From the human T2T-CHM13v2.0 reference genome, Homo sapiens, in assembly GCF_009914755.1 (NCBI RefSeq), contig NC_060935.1: a DNA stretch of 64,000 bases. One strand, written 5' to 3'. The position numbers and the translations under genes are program-made. Below the pieces are notes generated by a model. That model ran no database searches. It saw only the letters and a list, made by a program, of their open reading frames with translations, and was not told the origin of the DNA. Within the stretch, counting starts at the first letter, position 1, and every line of letters begins with the position of its first letter. Positions 40,597 through 55,114 of this stretch are shown here, piece after piece.

Positions 40597-43500
40597 GCTA
40601 AGATGCAATTGGATGTTAGTACTTACCGCACAGGATGGAGTGCAGCCCTGTGAGTTCTGTGTGTAAAGCACTGGGCACAATGCCAGGCACACAAGTGACC
40701 CCCAGTAAGCACTGGCCATTATTATACTGAATGAATTAGAGGAAATAGCTGAGGTCCTGGGCTGCCGTAGGAGCATCCAAGACTTCCTTGAGGATGCAGG
40801 GCTGCGGAGCCCTGTGGGTATGCAGAGGAGACCAGCCCTGACTCTGGGGACAGTTGATGAAGGGGCTTCACCTTCCAGTTGGAGAATTTGGGGTTGGTGT
40901 CATGGTCAGCTCGTCGTGAATCACCAAAGAGAGGCACCTGGGGGATTTCAGTGATCTCAGAGCACCTGCAGTGCGGTGCCCTCACTGCGACATCACTTGC
41001 TCGCAACGTCACCATGGCCAGTTTGGATCTGCTCTGGGTCCTGGGCGGCAGCAGATGGGTTGGGAGCCAGGGTGGGTCAGGGAGGGGAGACCTTGCTCAG
41101 AAGTCCATCTGCATCTTAATGGTGGGGAAGACTCAGAGCTCGCGTCCAGATGGCCCGGCAGTTTCTCCTCCTGGGAGCATGCTGCTTCCCCGCATGCTTT
41201 TGCTCCTCTGGTGTGCTCTGCATGTCAGGGGCCAAATGGGCAGGATCCATCACTGACCTGCAGTCAGTGGGGAGGGGACAAGGCTTCGTACTTCAGCTCC
41301 CCGAGAGCCGGGCTAGATGCCCACAGCTGGGAGCAGAGGAGGCAGTGCAGCCCCCAGCTCTGGCTGTGCTGCAGAGAGTAGGGGCCATCCCAGAAACTCT
41401 CACCTTGCCTACTGCTTCCCCAGCCCTGCCCTGCCCTGCCCTGCCCCCGAGAGGACAAAAAACCTGGCAGAGATGTTCCGATGAGGATGCTCCTTGGACC
41501 CAGCCCCGGGGCAGCCCTGGCTGGACACTGGATTACCCCTGAGCAGCAGCCTCCTTAAGGGAAAAGGAGACTATTCCTTTCCTGACTTTGGGTCAGGAAA
41601 GAGAGTTGGGGAAAGGAATTTCCATGCAGCAGAAGCCCCAGGCAGGCTGGGTTCTGGCCAGAGGCTCTCACTGCTCCCCTTTGTGGCCAGCAAGTCACAC
41701 CCCTCTGGTCTTCCCAACCAGGAGCCGGACAGAGTCCTCTCTAAGGCCCTCTCCGGCCCTTGGTTCTACCACAGGGTGGGCTGCAGTTACCCTCTGGCTG
41801 AAGCCTGCTCAGAGGGAGGCAGGAGGTTCACATGGGCCCACCCCTGCTCTCCACAGCATCCCCCTCTCCCCACCTCCTTCCTTTTCTCCTCCCTAGTAGG
41901 ATAGATGGAGGCAGTGTGGAGAAATCCGAATAACTAATCAGAGTCCTCATTAACCCCCTGCCAGGATGCTCAAACATTCACTTTACTGTTTGTGAAGCAG
42001 GAAAAAAAAAAAAAAAAAAAAAAAAACACCTCTCTCTGCATTAAAATTGATGCGTTATTAATCCTTGTGCTCCCAAACTGGTGGGCGGCTCTGCCTCCTG
42101 CCCGAGGCCCAGCCCATGGGGTCTGCTACCTTGGACCACTTGGACTTTCTATTATTTATTGGCCCAGTGCAGAGAGGCCTTCTCACAGGGAGTGGGCTTG
42201 GTGCCAGCACAGAGGCAGCTGTTTTGTTTTCTCCCTGGCCTGGCCGGTGGGAGGCCTTTGCTCAACCCCACCCCAGGGTGCAGCTGGCAGACTGCCTTGC
42301 AGGGCTGGGAGGGCTGAGTGCATGGCAGCTAATGGTGTGTCTCTCACCAGATCTGAGGGCGTAGTGACCCGCTCCATGCTTCAGATGAGCCAGCCTGGGA
42401 GTGGGCAGCTTCTCAGTCCAGTGGTGGCTGGGCTAGAAAAGCCTTAGTGTTTGGCTCAAGTGCTGACTCTTTCTGCACACCCGAGACCACAGTGCCCCCA
42501 TGGCCTCCCCAGTGCCACCCCCTACCCGAGGCTTAAAGCTGTCCTCTGGCTCTACACTACAAGCAGGTACCCTCACATTTACACCCCCTGTGTAAGAGCA
42601 GGAGTCCACAAATATTTATCTTGTGCCTGACCTTGTAGCAGGAGCTGTGAGGATTCAAGGACATGTAAGGCACAGTCTCTGTCCTCAAGGAGGCTGCGCT
42701 GGAGTGGAGGCAAAGATGTCCATACGTAAGAGGACACCATGACAACAGCAAGGGAAGGATGGAGGACGGACCCAGGGAGTGCAAAAGGCTCCTTTGCGTT
42801 CTCATGGAGCCCACGATGGTGTGCGAAGGACGCATGGAGGGAATGAGACCCACTGTGAACCCCTCATTCCCAGCCAGTTGCTACTGACTCACCCCTCTTT
42901 AGTGGTCGTCCATCCACCTGCCCCAATATGGACTTATCCGCATCTGTTGCCTGTCTTGACCTGAGAACCTCCATCCAGTGCCGGGGCCTGTGTGAACTCT
43001 CTTATGTGGCCTTCTATGCACTGGGCCCCTAAAGACAGCTTTGCATGGAGAAGAAGCTGAAAGTGCAGGATAAGAAGAAAGAGGAATTTAATCCCTAGCT
43101 TCATCTTGAATTTCACTTACTGCATCGAGAAATGATCAGAGGTAGCCTTCCCAATCTTTGACTCGGTTCCTGAGGATGATCATTCCATTACAGGCATAAA
43201 CTGGGAGACATCGCAGGTTGGATTCCAGACCACCACAATAAAGACAATATGGCAATAAAGCAAGTCACATGAATCTTTTGGTTTCCCAGGGCATATAAAA
43301 GTTATGTTTACACTATACTGTAGTCTATTAAGTGTGGAATAGCATTATGCCTTAAAAAACAACATACATACCTAATTTAAAAATACTTTATTGCTTAAAA
43401 AATGCTTATGATAATCTGAGCCTTCAGCAAGTCATAATTTTTTGCTGCTGGAGGGTTTTGCCTCAGTGTTGATGGCTGCTGGCTGATTAGGAGTTTAGTT

Positions 43501-43982
43501 GCTGAAGGATGGGGTGGCTGTGGCAATTTCTTAAAATAAGACAACAATGAAGTTTGCTGTATTGACAGACTCACCGTCTCACAAAAGATTTCTCTGTAGC
43601 ATGTGATGTTGTTTGATAGCATTTTACCCACAGTAGAACTTTTTTCAAACTTGGAGTCAATTCTCTCTAACTTTGCTGCTGCTTAATCAACCTAGTGTAT
43701 GTGATATTCTAAATCCCTTGTTGTCAACAATGTGCACAGTATCTTCACCAGGAGGAGATTCCATCTCAGAAAACTGCATTCTTTGTTCATCCATAAGAAG
43801 CAATTTCTTATTCATTCAAGTTTGACCATGAGATTGCAGCAGTTCAGTCACATCTTCAGGCTCCACTTCTCATTCTAGTTCTCTTGCTATTTCCACCACA
43901 CCTGCAGCTATTCCTCCCACTGAAATCTTGAACCCCTCAAAGTCATCTATGAGGCTTGAAATCAACTTCTTCTAAATCCCTG

Positions 43983-44525
43983 TTAATGTTGATATTTTGA
44001 CCTCCTCCCATGAATCATGAATGCTCTTAATGGCACTAGAATGGTGAATCCTTTCCAGAAAGTTTTTAATTTTCTTTTCTCAGATCCACCAGAGGAATTG
44101 CTATCTATGGCAGCAAGAGCCTTAACAAAATGTACTCTTAAATAATAAGACATGAAAGTCAAAAGTATTCCTTGATCTGTGGGCTGCAGAATGGATGTTG
44201 TGTTAGCAGGCACTAAAACTACATTAATCTCCTTGTACATCTCCATCAGAGCTCTTGGGTAATCACGTGCATTGCCAATGACTGGTAACATTTTGAAAGG
44301 AATCTTTGTTTCTGAGCAGTAGGTCTCAACGTTGGGCTTAAAATATTCAGTAAACCATGTGGTAAACAGATGAGCTGTCACCCAGGCTTTGTTGTTCCAT
44401 TTATAGAGTGCAGGCAAAGCAGATTTAGCATCATTCTTAAGGGTCCTAGGACTTTTGGAATGGTAAATGAGCCCTGGCTTCAACCTAAAGTCACCAGCTG
44501 CATTGGCCAGTAATAAAAAAGTCAA
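43983..44525 (-). pseudogene. Tigger1 transposase DDE-domain remnant (180 open codons)
   Basis: [14 protein letters not shown]...[12 protein letters not shown]...[14 protein letters not shown]; the rest of the transposase is disrupted. Confidence 0.9.
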
Positions 44526-44805
44526 CCTGTTTTTTTGTGGATTTGAAGCCAGACATTGACTTCTCCTTTCTAGCTATGAAAGTCCTGGATGGCATATTCT
44601 TTCAACATAAGGCTATTTTGTCTACACTGAAAAAATTTGTTGTTTACTGTAGCCTTCATCAGTGATCTTAGCTAGGTCTTCTGGATAACTTGATGCAGCT
44701 TCTATAATACATCAGCACTTGCTGCTTCACCTTGCACTTTTATGTTATAGAGATAGTTTCTTTCTTTAAACCTCATAAACCAACCTCTGCTATCTTCCAA
44801 CTTTT

Positions 44806-45194
<389 letters not shown>

Positions 45195-45401
45195 TAGGCT
45201 TTGGCTTTAGAGAATGTTGTGTTTGGTTTGATCTTCTATCCAGACCATTCAAACGTTTACCACGTCAGCAATAAGACTGTCTCACTCACTTCTCTATCAC
45301 GTGTTCACTGGAGTAGCACTTTAAACTTCTCTCAAGAACTTTTCCTTTGAATTCACAACTTGGCTGTTTGACACAAAGGCCTAACTTTTGCCCTATCTCA
45401 A

Positions 45402-45762
45402 TGATATGGTTCGGCTCTTTGTCCCTACCCAAATCTCATTTCAAATTGTAATCCCTGCCTGTTGAGGGAGGGACCTGGTGGAGGTGATTAGATCATGAGT
45501 GAGTTTCCCCCATGCTGTTCTTGTGAAAGTGAGTGAGTTTTCATGAGATCTGATGGTTTATAAGTGTCTGGCGGTTCCTCTCACCCTTTTATCCTGCTGT
45601 TATGTAAGACGTGCCTTGCTTCCCCTTCACCTTCCACCATGATTTTAAGTTTCCTGAGGCCTCCCCAGTCATGCTGAATTGTGAGTTGGTTAAACTTCTT
45701 TTGTTCATAAATTACCCAGTCTCAGGTATTTCTTTATAGCAATGTGAAAACAGACTAATACA
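45402..45762 (+). mobile_element. MaLR solo LTR (THE1D-like) nested in Tigger1
   Basis: tgatatggttcggctctttgtccctacccaaatctc...ataaattacccagtctcagg...gactaataca; 5-bp TSD ctcaa/ctcag. Confidence 0.9.
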
Positions 45763-46229
45763 CTCAGTTTTTGACATGCCTCCCTCACTAAGCTTAATCA
45801 TTTCTAACTTTTGATTTAAAGTGAGAAACATGGGACTCCTTTCACTAGAACACTTAGAGGTCACTGTAGGGTTATTAATTGACCTAATTTTAATATTGTT
45901 GTGCCTCACACACATGACATTTATTGATTAAGTTCACCATCTTATAGGGGTACATTTTATGGCACCCCAAAATAATTACAATAATAACATCAAAGATCAC
46001 TCATCACAGATCACCATAACATATATAATAATGAAAAAGTCTGAAATATTGTGAGAATTACCAAAACGTGACACACAGACATGAAGTGAGTACCTGCTGT
46101 TGGAAAAATTGTACTGATAAACTTGCTCAATGCGGTGTTGCCATGAACCTTCAATTTGTAAAAAATGCAATATCTGCAAAGCACACCAAAGTGAAGCGCA
46201 ATAAAATGAGATGTGTCTGTAATATTTTT

Positions 46230-46790
46230 AAGTGCTACCAGGTGCTGGGGTTTCAAGAGGAGCAAAACAAGCCTGGACTCTTGTCCACATGGAGTTTTAT
46301 AGCCTAATGGAGAAAACAGGCATTACTCAAATAATCACATATAATATATAATTACAACATTAATTAAATTCTCAAACTGAATTAAGAAATGCATATAACA
46401 AAGGAGGCTTACCTGAGAGGTCACTGTAGCTCCCCTGAGGAAGTGACTCTTGAGTTGAGATGTGAAAGCAAAGCAGGAGAAAGAGCACCTTCCAGGAACA
46501 TGGGTAGCTTGTGCAAAGGCCCTGTGGTGGGAAGAAGCATGGCTTGTTTGAGGGCACAAAGGCCTGGGTGGATGGAGGCCAAACAGCAAGCTAGATGAGG
46601 CTGGAAAGGTGGGAAGGGCCAGACTGACCTTCTAGACCATGGTAAAGATTTTGACGTTGATCTCAAGAATGGGAAAGCCATATTGTGCTTGAAACAAGGG
46701 AGGTATGACCATGTAATAGAGTATTTGCACCTTCAAAAAGATCTTTCTAGCTGTTTAAAGGAAAACAGATGGAGAGTGTCAAGAATGTTA
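46230..46790 (-). mobile_element. L2 3' fragment
   Basis: catggagttttatagcctaatgg...gtgcaaaggccctgtggtggga...gaatgggaaagcc. Confidence 0.7.
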
Positions 46791-47981
46791 AATGGGTCCT
46801 CATATCCCTTGCTGTTTCCTGTTTCTCATTTTAGTGAGCAGAAGTCTATAGAATGTTCCGGTGCTTTATGAAAGGAGAGGCATATTTAAATTCTGGTTAC
46901 CCAGTATTCAGTCTAAAGTGGGAATCTAGGAACCATAGAAATAAGCTATAGCCCTTGAATTAGCACCCCTCCTTTTCTAACACAGCAGAGATTCAGGAGG
47001 TTACGACCACTTTGATCATTATAGACCCAGGACTGAGATGTACATGGTACCCTGTAGAACAAGAGATACACCCTAGGATCGGTGAGACCAGATGTCAGGA
47101 GGGAAGGTAGGAGCTGAGAGGATGAATGGGCTGGGCTTGGAGGAACAGGAGGGTGGGCAGCAGAGGAGCCAGAGATGCAGAAAGGTGAGGTGACTCCTGG
47201 TGTTCCAGGTACTGAAATGCCCTGTCAAGCTAGGCATACAGGCTCCATGAGACACACACAAGCCTGCAACCTCCATTGGCTGCAAGCACCTCCTCCCCAT
47301 TTAGCTAATGGCTCCTCTATCCTCTGTTATTCCAGCTTGCTACTCTTAAAGAAACTGCTTGTGTCTAGCTTCGGACCAGAGCCCTTCTTTCTTTCACCTC
47401 AACAAATATGAATTGATCACATTTGCTGTGTAAAGATGCTCTGAGGGTCAAAAAAATCCCCACACTGCCCTTGCCCTTAAGCGTGCTGCCTCCTGGAGGG
47501 AGGTGGATATGTAAACAGTTAACCCTTAGGAGGCAGGATGACAGAAGCACTCCATGCTGGCAACCACACAACCTGCTTTGCCTGGCATGGTCTCCGTTGC
47601 AACCTGTAGTTGCTGTGTAATTAGTCATTGTGCTCTCTTTCACTCTCAAAATTACTCCAGTTTGGATGATATATTGTGGGGTCATCCTAACAGTGTGCCA
47701 TGGCTGTAAAGAGCTATGAGCAATTCTTTGTAGCAATTCAGGAGGCATCACAGAATAAATAACATTTGAGCTGAGTCCTTGAGGAAGAGCTGTATTTCAA
47801 CTATTAGAGTACGGAAAGAGGGCATCCCAGTCTTGGAACAAGCAAAGGCCTGGAGGTGTCTAAAAGTGGAATCTGTATAGGAGAGGGTGAGTACAGTTTA
47901 ACTATAACCCAGAGCAGAGATCAGCAAACTTTTTCTGTAAAATTTCGAACAGTAAATAGTTCAGGTCTTGTGTTGCAACTG

Positions 47982-48313
47982 CAATCATCCCTCGGTATCT
48001 GTGGGGGACTGATTTCAAGACCAACCACAGATACGAAAATTCACAGATGCTCAAGTCCCTTATATAAAATGGTGTAGTATTTGCATATAACCTACGCACA
48101 TACTCCTGTATACTTTAAATCTCTAGATTACTTATAATACCTAATACAATGTAAATGCTATGTAAATAGTTGTCCTACTGTATTGTTTAGGGAATAATGA
48201 CAAGAAAAATGTCGGCACATGTTCAGTACAGATTAAATTTTTTTCCCAAATATTTTCTATCTGCAGTTGGTTGAATCAGCAGATGTGGAACCCACAGATA
48301 CAGAGGGCTGACC
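47982..48313 (+). mobile_element. MER2 (Tigger-family MITE)
   Basis: tccctcggtatctgtggggga...gtagtatttgcatataacctacgcaca...gaacccacagatacagagggctgac. Confidence 0.9.
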
Positions 48314-48438
48314 ATGTTCAACGCTGTCATCACAGTGGGAAACAGCCATAGACAATAGTAAACAAATGGGCGTGGCTGTGTTCTAATAAAACTTTAATTA
48401 CAAAAACAGGCAGCCTCAGGATTTGGCTTGTGAGTTTA

Positions 48439-48790
48439 TGTCTTAGTCCTTTTGGGCTGCTGTCACAAGATACCTTAGACTGGGTAATGTAGAAAACACT
48501 GGAATTTATTTCTCACAGTTCTGGAGATTTGAACTCTAAGATCAAGGCATCAGCAGATTCAGTGTTTAGTGAGGGCTCCTTTCTCATAGATGGGAACTTC
48601 TATGTGTCCTCACACAGGGGGTGGGCAAAAGGAGCTCACTCGAGTCTTTTTTATAAGGCCACCAATCCCATTGATGAGGGCAGAGCCCTCATAAATTAAT
48701 CACTTCCCAAAAGGCTCCATCTTTTAATAGCACCACAGTGGGGATCAGGTTTCCATGCAAGTTTTGGAGAGGCACATTCAGACCATAGGG
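48439..48790 (-). mobile_element. MaLR solo LTR (MLT1A-like)
   Basis: tgtcttagtccttttgggctgctg...taccttagactgggt...tttattctcacagttctgga...cacattcagaccatag. Confidence 0.8.
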
Positions 48791-51700
48791 TGTGGTTTGC
48801 CAGCCCCTGACCTGGCGTCCTTGAAGGAGAGTCATAGGCTAGAAGTTAGGTAGGAGCCATGTCATGAAAGGTCTCGAATACCTGCACTAAAGATGTGTCT
48901 TATTCAAAAAAAAACGTATATATATGTTTTTGAGCATAGGAATGGGTGATCTGAGGTCCTAGGGTTTATTGTCAGAGTTTAGAGGGTACTGGAGAAAAAT
49001 GGGGAACAGCAGTGCAGAGAAAGACCGAGCTTTGGGAAGCATATCCAAGTGCCGGTAGCCATCCCTCCAGACTCTGCCCTTTTGTTCTACAGCCCCCTCC
49101 ACTGCCTGTCCTCTTCATCATTATGACAGTGCTGAGGGACCTTGTCCTCTCTTATGCAGACACAGTCACAAGCTGCTGTCCTCTGCGTTTTCCATGAAGT
49201 GAAGCCCACTAATGACCACCTTCCCCGCCCCACCCAGGATGGCGCTGCTCTCGTGGGGGTTTAATCCTGATGAGCCCAGTGGCTCCTGGGCAGCATCACG
49301 CCCAGAACTCCCCATGGATGATGACACCCTCACTGCTGAATCACTGTGGCAGATACTTGGCTGCAGAGCTGGAAGGGGGAGCAGTTAGTCATCTGCCATC
49401 ACCCCTGTGTCCCCCAGATCCCCCAGAGTGTGCAGGTCACCTTTCCATTGAATATCCCAATAGATCAACTTGAGATTTCAATATTGATTATTTTTGTGAC
49501 CTTAGCCGAGACAGTTAAGTCTCAGTTTTGCTTATTCTGTCTGTAAAATGGATATATTGATACCAGAACTACCAACCTCACAAAGTTACAGTGAAGCATA
49601 AACAAAAAGTTAACGGATGGGATTGGACATGCTTTGGGTTGTATACATCATCTTGCAGATAACCCCAGTACATAAAGTCTTATTAACACTGGACCAAGGC
49701 AGAGCAAGGAGTCCCCTGATGCAGACCATGGTGGAAGGGACCATCTGGTCCTAACCTCACTTTGCAGATGGAGAAACTGAGGCCCAGAGCAGTGACGTGC
49801 TGATGCAGGAGAGTTATGGATGGAGGCCAGGTATCTTGGCTCCCAGTGCGTTTCCAGCATCCGTGAGTTTCTCGGTGCCAATTTTGTAAGTACAGGGATC
49901 CTGGGCTCTGCTTTGAGCCCAGGTCAAAATCACCATGGCTGGAAGGGAAGTCCTAACTTTCAGATGTCCTTTCAAATCCCAACTCTTCACAAACAGCCTA
50001 GGGAGAAAGGCATTTTAAATAAAATGCTTTTTACCATGCCTTCCACTTCTGAAATTCATTTCTCAGCAGTGTCTGAATGAGAATTTTACAGACATTTCAT
50101 TTCCCTTCCTTGTTGCCTTCCTTTGCTGTCCTCCAGGAGCTGGTTATGACTGAAACCTCTGCAAGGCACAAGGTGTAAATCTTCCCTGAGTGGGAGCTAT
50201 GCCCCAGGGTGCAGGTCATCGGATTGGCACCATCTCCATAAGCGGTGTGGTCATCACAGGAGGAAATAGAGCCCTGAGAAGGGCAGGGAGGCACAGAGAG
50301 ATTAATTTCTTCAATGTCATGCTTCCTCTGCGTTCCTTAATAACGAAAATTTACATGTGTGGGGAAAATCGCAATTTCTCCTGGAAGGCATGGAAGGAAA
50401 AGTCAGAGAGAGGCTTCCGACTGTTTTGCAAGTGGGTGTGAGCCTAGGGCTCTGTATCCATCTGACCTGGAATCTTCTGGCTGCTTACTGTGTGTGGCAT
50501 GACCCTGAACTGGAATCTGTGCCTTTGTGTGTCTGTGACACTGTTTCTGGGGTTGTGTGTGTGTGTGTGTGTGTTGTCACTGATGTCTTTGTGACTGTGT
50601 AGATCAATGTGTGTTTCTTTAAAAAAATATATATCTCATTTCCTGCATAAATTACTCCATGTAAAAGGCCATCCGGAGCTCAGTTCCTAGCATCCTTTTT
50701 CAATAAAGCAATATTATCAGAGCCTGGTCCCAAAACTAGTCCCAAGAGAGGCTTTTCCTAGATTCTTTGTCAAATGAAATGTCACCGACTCACCAAATGA
50801 TGAGAAGAAGAATTCTTCTTGTTTATTTCCCAAGAGAGGCAGAACAGAAGCAGCTCACCCTCTTTATAGCTTTTCCTGGACTAGATAGGCAGGTGGACTC
50901 CACCCTTTCCCTTCACCCCTTAACCAGTTTTCTTTGGGCCAGTCGCTTAACTTTCTAACCTCAGTTTTCCCTTTTTAAAAATAGGACTAATAATAACTAC
51001 TTTCCAAAGTTGCTGCAAGGCTTAAATAATAAATTGGATAATATGGTTCTTCGTAAAGGAGATCAGCATGTGGTGTGTTATACACTCCACATGTCCTCTG
51101 CTGAATATATACATGTATTTACTCCTTTATCCAGCAAATATGCTGAACACCTTATATGTACAAAATACATCTTAGGCTCTGGGGAGCTCTATAGGCTTGA
51201 GATTCCATTTAGGATTATATAATCAAGTGGGGTGGCAGAGTAGTACCCAGACGATCACAATGTGGCTGGCTAAGTGTGAAGAGAACTGTGCATAGGATGC
51301 TGTAAGTGGCTGGAACGGTCCTCGTGCAGCCTGTGGAGGATGCAGCAGCCCCCAGAGAGATGGATCAGGAGGGAATTGCTGAGCTGAGATGTGGCTGTGG
51401 AGATGGAAAGGAAGAAAATGTAGCTCACTCTATCTGGTGGCAGAGGCAAAAACAAACAGATTGTACCAAGATGCACTTACCTTCACCTGCTTCTGGAGAG
51501 AGCCATTGGAGCTGGGGAGCCTGCTTGGAACCCAGAGTCATCAAGCAGGCTGGCTTGGGGAGAGAGCAAGGACTCAGAGGCTGAGGGTCTGACCACTGGG
51601 GAAAGGGATGGGAGGGGAGGAGTGAGAGAAGGAGGCTAGGCTGAGTTTTGTAAGGAAAGTAGAGACAGGCAGGGCCTTGCAGAGATGTTCAATGTCAAAG

Positions 51701-54700
51701 TCTTCTGATGGGGCTGAAGGTTCCCCAAATAAGAAAATCCTGCTGGGCAAGTGAAAGGCTTTTTCTAAAGTCCCTTTCAAGTGGGCTGGTCTTAGCTGAA
51801 TTAAAGCGGACATTTGCTTTTCATGATGCATTCCCAATTACCAATCTCTCCCCCAGGCCCCTTTCTCCAGAAAGAAAATTTGTGACTGGCCAAACTCTGC
51901 CCAGGTCTCTTGACTGCTTCTGGCATTCCTGCTTATCCGTTCTTTCCCTCATTTAATAGATGCACGTTGATCCTGATGCTAGGCCAGGGCTGGAAGTGCA
52001 GGTGAGGAATACAGAGTCCCTGCTCTCTGGAAGCTCAGAGCTTAGTGGGAGGGACACACCTAGGAACAGATAATTCAGTGACACAGCCTGGAGTTCATGG
52101 CTAAGGACTTTGGACTTTGTCTTGGAGATATGGTCCCAGGTATTAGGGGAGCAGAAAGGAAGGAATGACAGACACCCTGTATGGGGCTCAGTGGTCATGA
52201 GAGAAAATCTAACAGAGCCGAGTCTCAGAGGATGAGAAAGATTCTGCTAGATGAGATCTAAACAAGTTATTATTGCTATCATTGTCACTAATGACAATAG
52301 TCATCATTTATGAAAGACTCAGTCTACGTCATTGCCAAGCCCTTTGCTATCTGCTAAGCATATCACACATCTAATGTAATACTATCAAATCCCAGGAAGC
52401 ATCCTGTGAGTTGGGTATTATTGTAACCATTTTACAGAAGTAGGAAAACCGTGACTTATACAGCTAGGAAAACAGAAACCTAGGATTGGAATTCAAGGTT
52501 GTCTGACTTCACCTTTCCACCCATCGTATTCTCTCTCCCACATTCACTTAGTGTTACTGCAGGAAGCATGCAAAATAATACATAGTTTAGTCAACAGCTC
52601 TCAATTCAAGAACACATTGAAATATAAAGAACTCTAATATCTTTGGCAATGAATAATAATAACTAAGTAAGCAAACCATCAACTGAACTGGTTCAGCATT
52701 GATCTGATTTAATATTTTCTAGTAGCAGCTCCTCTTCATGTGACAGGAACAGTACTTTCCATGATCTCCATGGGTACAGTACTCACCTAGGTATGTATGG
52801 AAGGAATAAGAGAAATATGAAAGTCTCACAATCAAAAGCTTATGATGACATCGAGGGGAGATTAAGATTCACGCACAAAGCAGGGGCTCACAAAATTGAG
52901 TAAGATCAAGGGTCAGTAATAGGGTGAGGAGGGCAAGAGGCTGAGTTCATTCGGCTGCAGAAAGGCAGGACTTGAGCTGGTCTTTGCAGGTTGGATGGGA
53001 CCTGGACAACAGAGGAAAGGGAAGCGTGGCAGGTGGGCCAGGGAACTCACACAGGGGGTGTGCTTGGCTGTGAGGCAGTGGCAGCCTGGACTGGCTGGAG
53101 AAAAGGTTCAGATTTGAAAGTAGTGGGGGATTAGGTAAGATTGGTAGGGTCAGGCTGATTATGAAGGGGAAGAATGGAAGCTAAGAAATATCAATTTTGT
53201 CTTTTAGGCCCTGGCAAGCCATTGTAGACTTTTGAGCAGAGGAGAAACACCATAAACAAGTCGATGAATTATTTTAGCTTCCAAAGAGCCCCTCTCTTTC
53301 TAGAGGATTGGCATCTGGTGTCTTTGAGATCAGCCTCATTGCCTTGGTGAAACTTGAGCCTTTCCCTGGGATGACAGTTGAATTTAACAGCCGATCAAGC
53401 ATCATCAGGGAATGAGATCAGAGAATGTCACACTGTCAGGTCCAGCCCCTTGTTTATAGATGGCAATGGTGAAAACCAATAATGATGAGGAGGAAACAGA
53501 ATTTAAACCGGTGGCATGCTTCATCCAACATCACAGAGCAAATGTGTGATGAAGCTGGTCCTGGCTGCCACACCTCCATAGCTCACCCCCGCCAGCAGGG
53601 AGGTGAAGCCTGAGGATTCACAAACATCAGCTATTAGGGACTGCTGGCGTGTCCGTGTAGGCAAACCACACTTTCATCACCGCACTCACGGAAGAAGAGG
53701 CCCTTGGTGGGCTCCAGAGTGAGAACAGATGCTTTTTTAGGCTCTTGGGCCAACTGGGACAAAAAAGCTTGGTGTTTTATGCTCCTGAGATAGATACCAG
53801 AGTGGGGGTAACCTTCCCAGAGTGGACAGGGGACAAGTCTTTAGTTTGGGTCTCTGGCCACAGATTCCAGAGGCTCGGTCTTCACTTATCCAACTCATCT
53901 GCAAAAAGCCTAAGCACAAGTTGGCAAAACAGGCAAAGGTGATCTGTGGGGAAGCCAGCCCATGTCCATAGACGGGTCCAGTAGAATGAACTTGGATAGG
54001 CAGAGAGAGGCCTGTGGGAGCTACAGTGCTGGAGGTGGGGAGGTCGTGAGGACAGAGGAACTTTATCTTCAGTGTGAAGCTCTTGCTTCCTTTCTTGTTC
54101 CCTGAACCATCCGGGTCATTGGGTCACACAGCCCCGTGTCTTCCCATCCTTCCATTTCTCTCTGACTTTCTGTCTGCATCTGTGGCTTGGCCCTGCCTGC
54201 TGTGCTGCTTATTAGCTTTCAGAGAGGAAGAGCTCTGCATGGTGACAAAAAGGAGATTGTTGGGTCCCTCTGCCTGCAATCTAGAAAGGGGCACACAGCT
54301 TGAGTGTGGAGGGCAAGAGGAGGGTTGGAGACTGGGAGGATGGCCGCGGCCATCAGGGGTCTCCTCCTCCCTGCAGTCCTGGCTCTCTGTCATGTGAGTG
54401 GTCCCCCTTGTGCTTGGTGGAATTGCTGGCAGTGACAGGAAGGAGATTACAGACTGTATTTATGCCTTGTAGCTTTCTGTAGGCTGTTGGGAAACAAATG
54501 GAACTCGGCAGTTGTCAGTTCTGGGAAGGAGAATTCCAAGTGTATTGTAGCCCTGAAGCGGTGCCCTGTGTGAGGGCATGCTGGTGTCACCTCTGATCGT
54601 CCTTCCTCTCTCAAATGTGTGTTTTATTCCCTGAGTGGAGAACAGGGTCAGCTTCTTTCCCTAATATTGGAGTGATTCCTCTCTGAGTTGTAGCTCCTCT

Positions 54701-55019
54701 GTGTCGTCTTGGGGTGGGGGCAGCAGAGGCTCAGCTAGAGCAGAAAGACAAGGAACACATGGCTATGGCAGGATGTCGAAGGGAGCCCTGGAACCCCAGC
54801 ACCAGGAGGGACACAATGAAAGAGACAGAGGCTGGAGGCCACACCAGGCAGGCAGGGCTTCCTCCCCTCCCCAGCCCTGACCCTGGCCCTGAGCCCTGCT
54901 CTGGCCATTGTGGGATCTGGAGGCTGACAGTCAGAAGCAGCATCACACACACATTGTAGGTGGCAATTATTTCTTTACCTTCTATTTTGCCCACTAGACT
55001 GTAAACACCTAGAAGACAG

Positions 55020-55114
55020 GGAGAGAGCGGGGGAGAGAGAGAGAAAGAGAGAGAGTGAGTGAGAGAGAGAGAGAGAGTGAGTGAGAGAGAAAGAGAGACA
55101 GAGACAGAGACAGA
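55020..55114. repeat. (GA)n/(GAGT)n/(GAGACA)n repeat
   Basis: Direct reading. Confidence 0.9.

Larger units (their letters stand above)
47915..48809. mobile_element. MER58A in three pieces, hosting MER2 and MLT1
   Basis: Pieces: cagcaaactttttctgtaa (47915-47980); cagccatagacaat...gggcgtggctgtgttctaataaaacttt (48316-48434); gtttgccagcccctg (~48795-48809). Confidence 0.8.

Noticed and set aside
43983-44525. Active or domesticated transposase gene
   Set aside because: Only a fragment is open, a catalytic Asp appears lost, and the upstream coding region is broken by Alu and LTR insertions.
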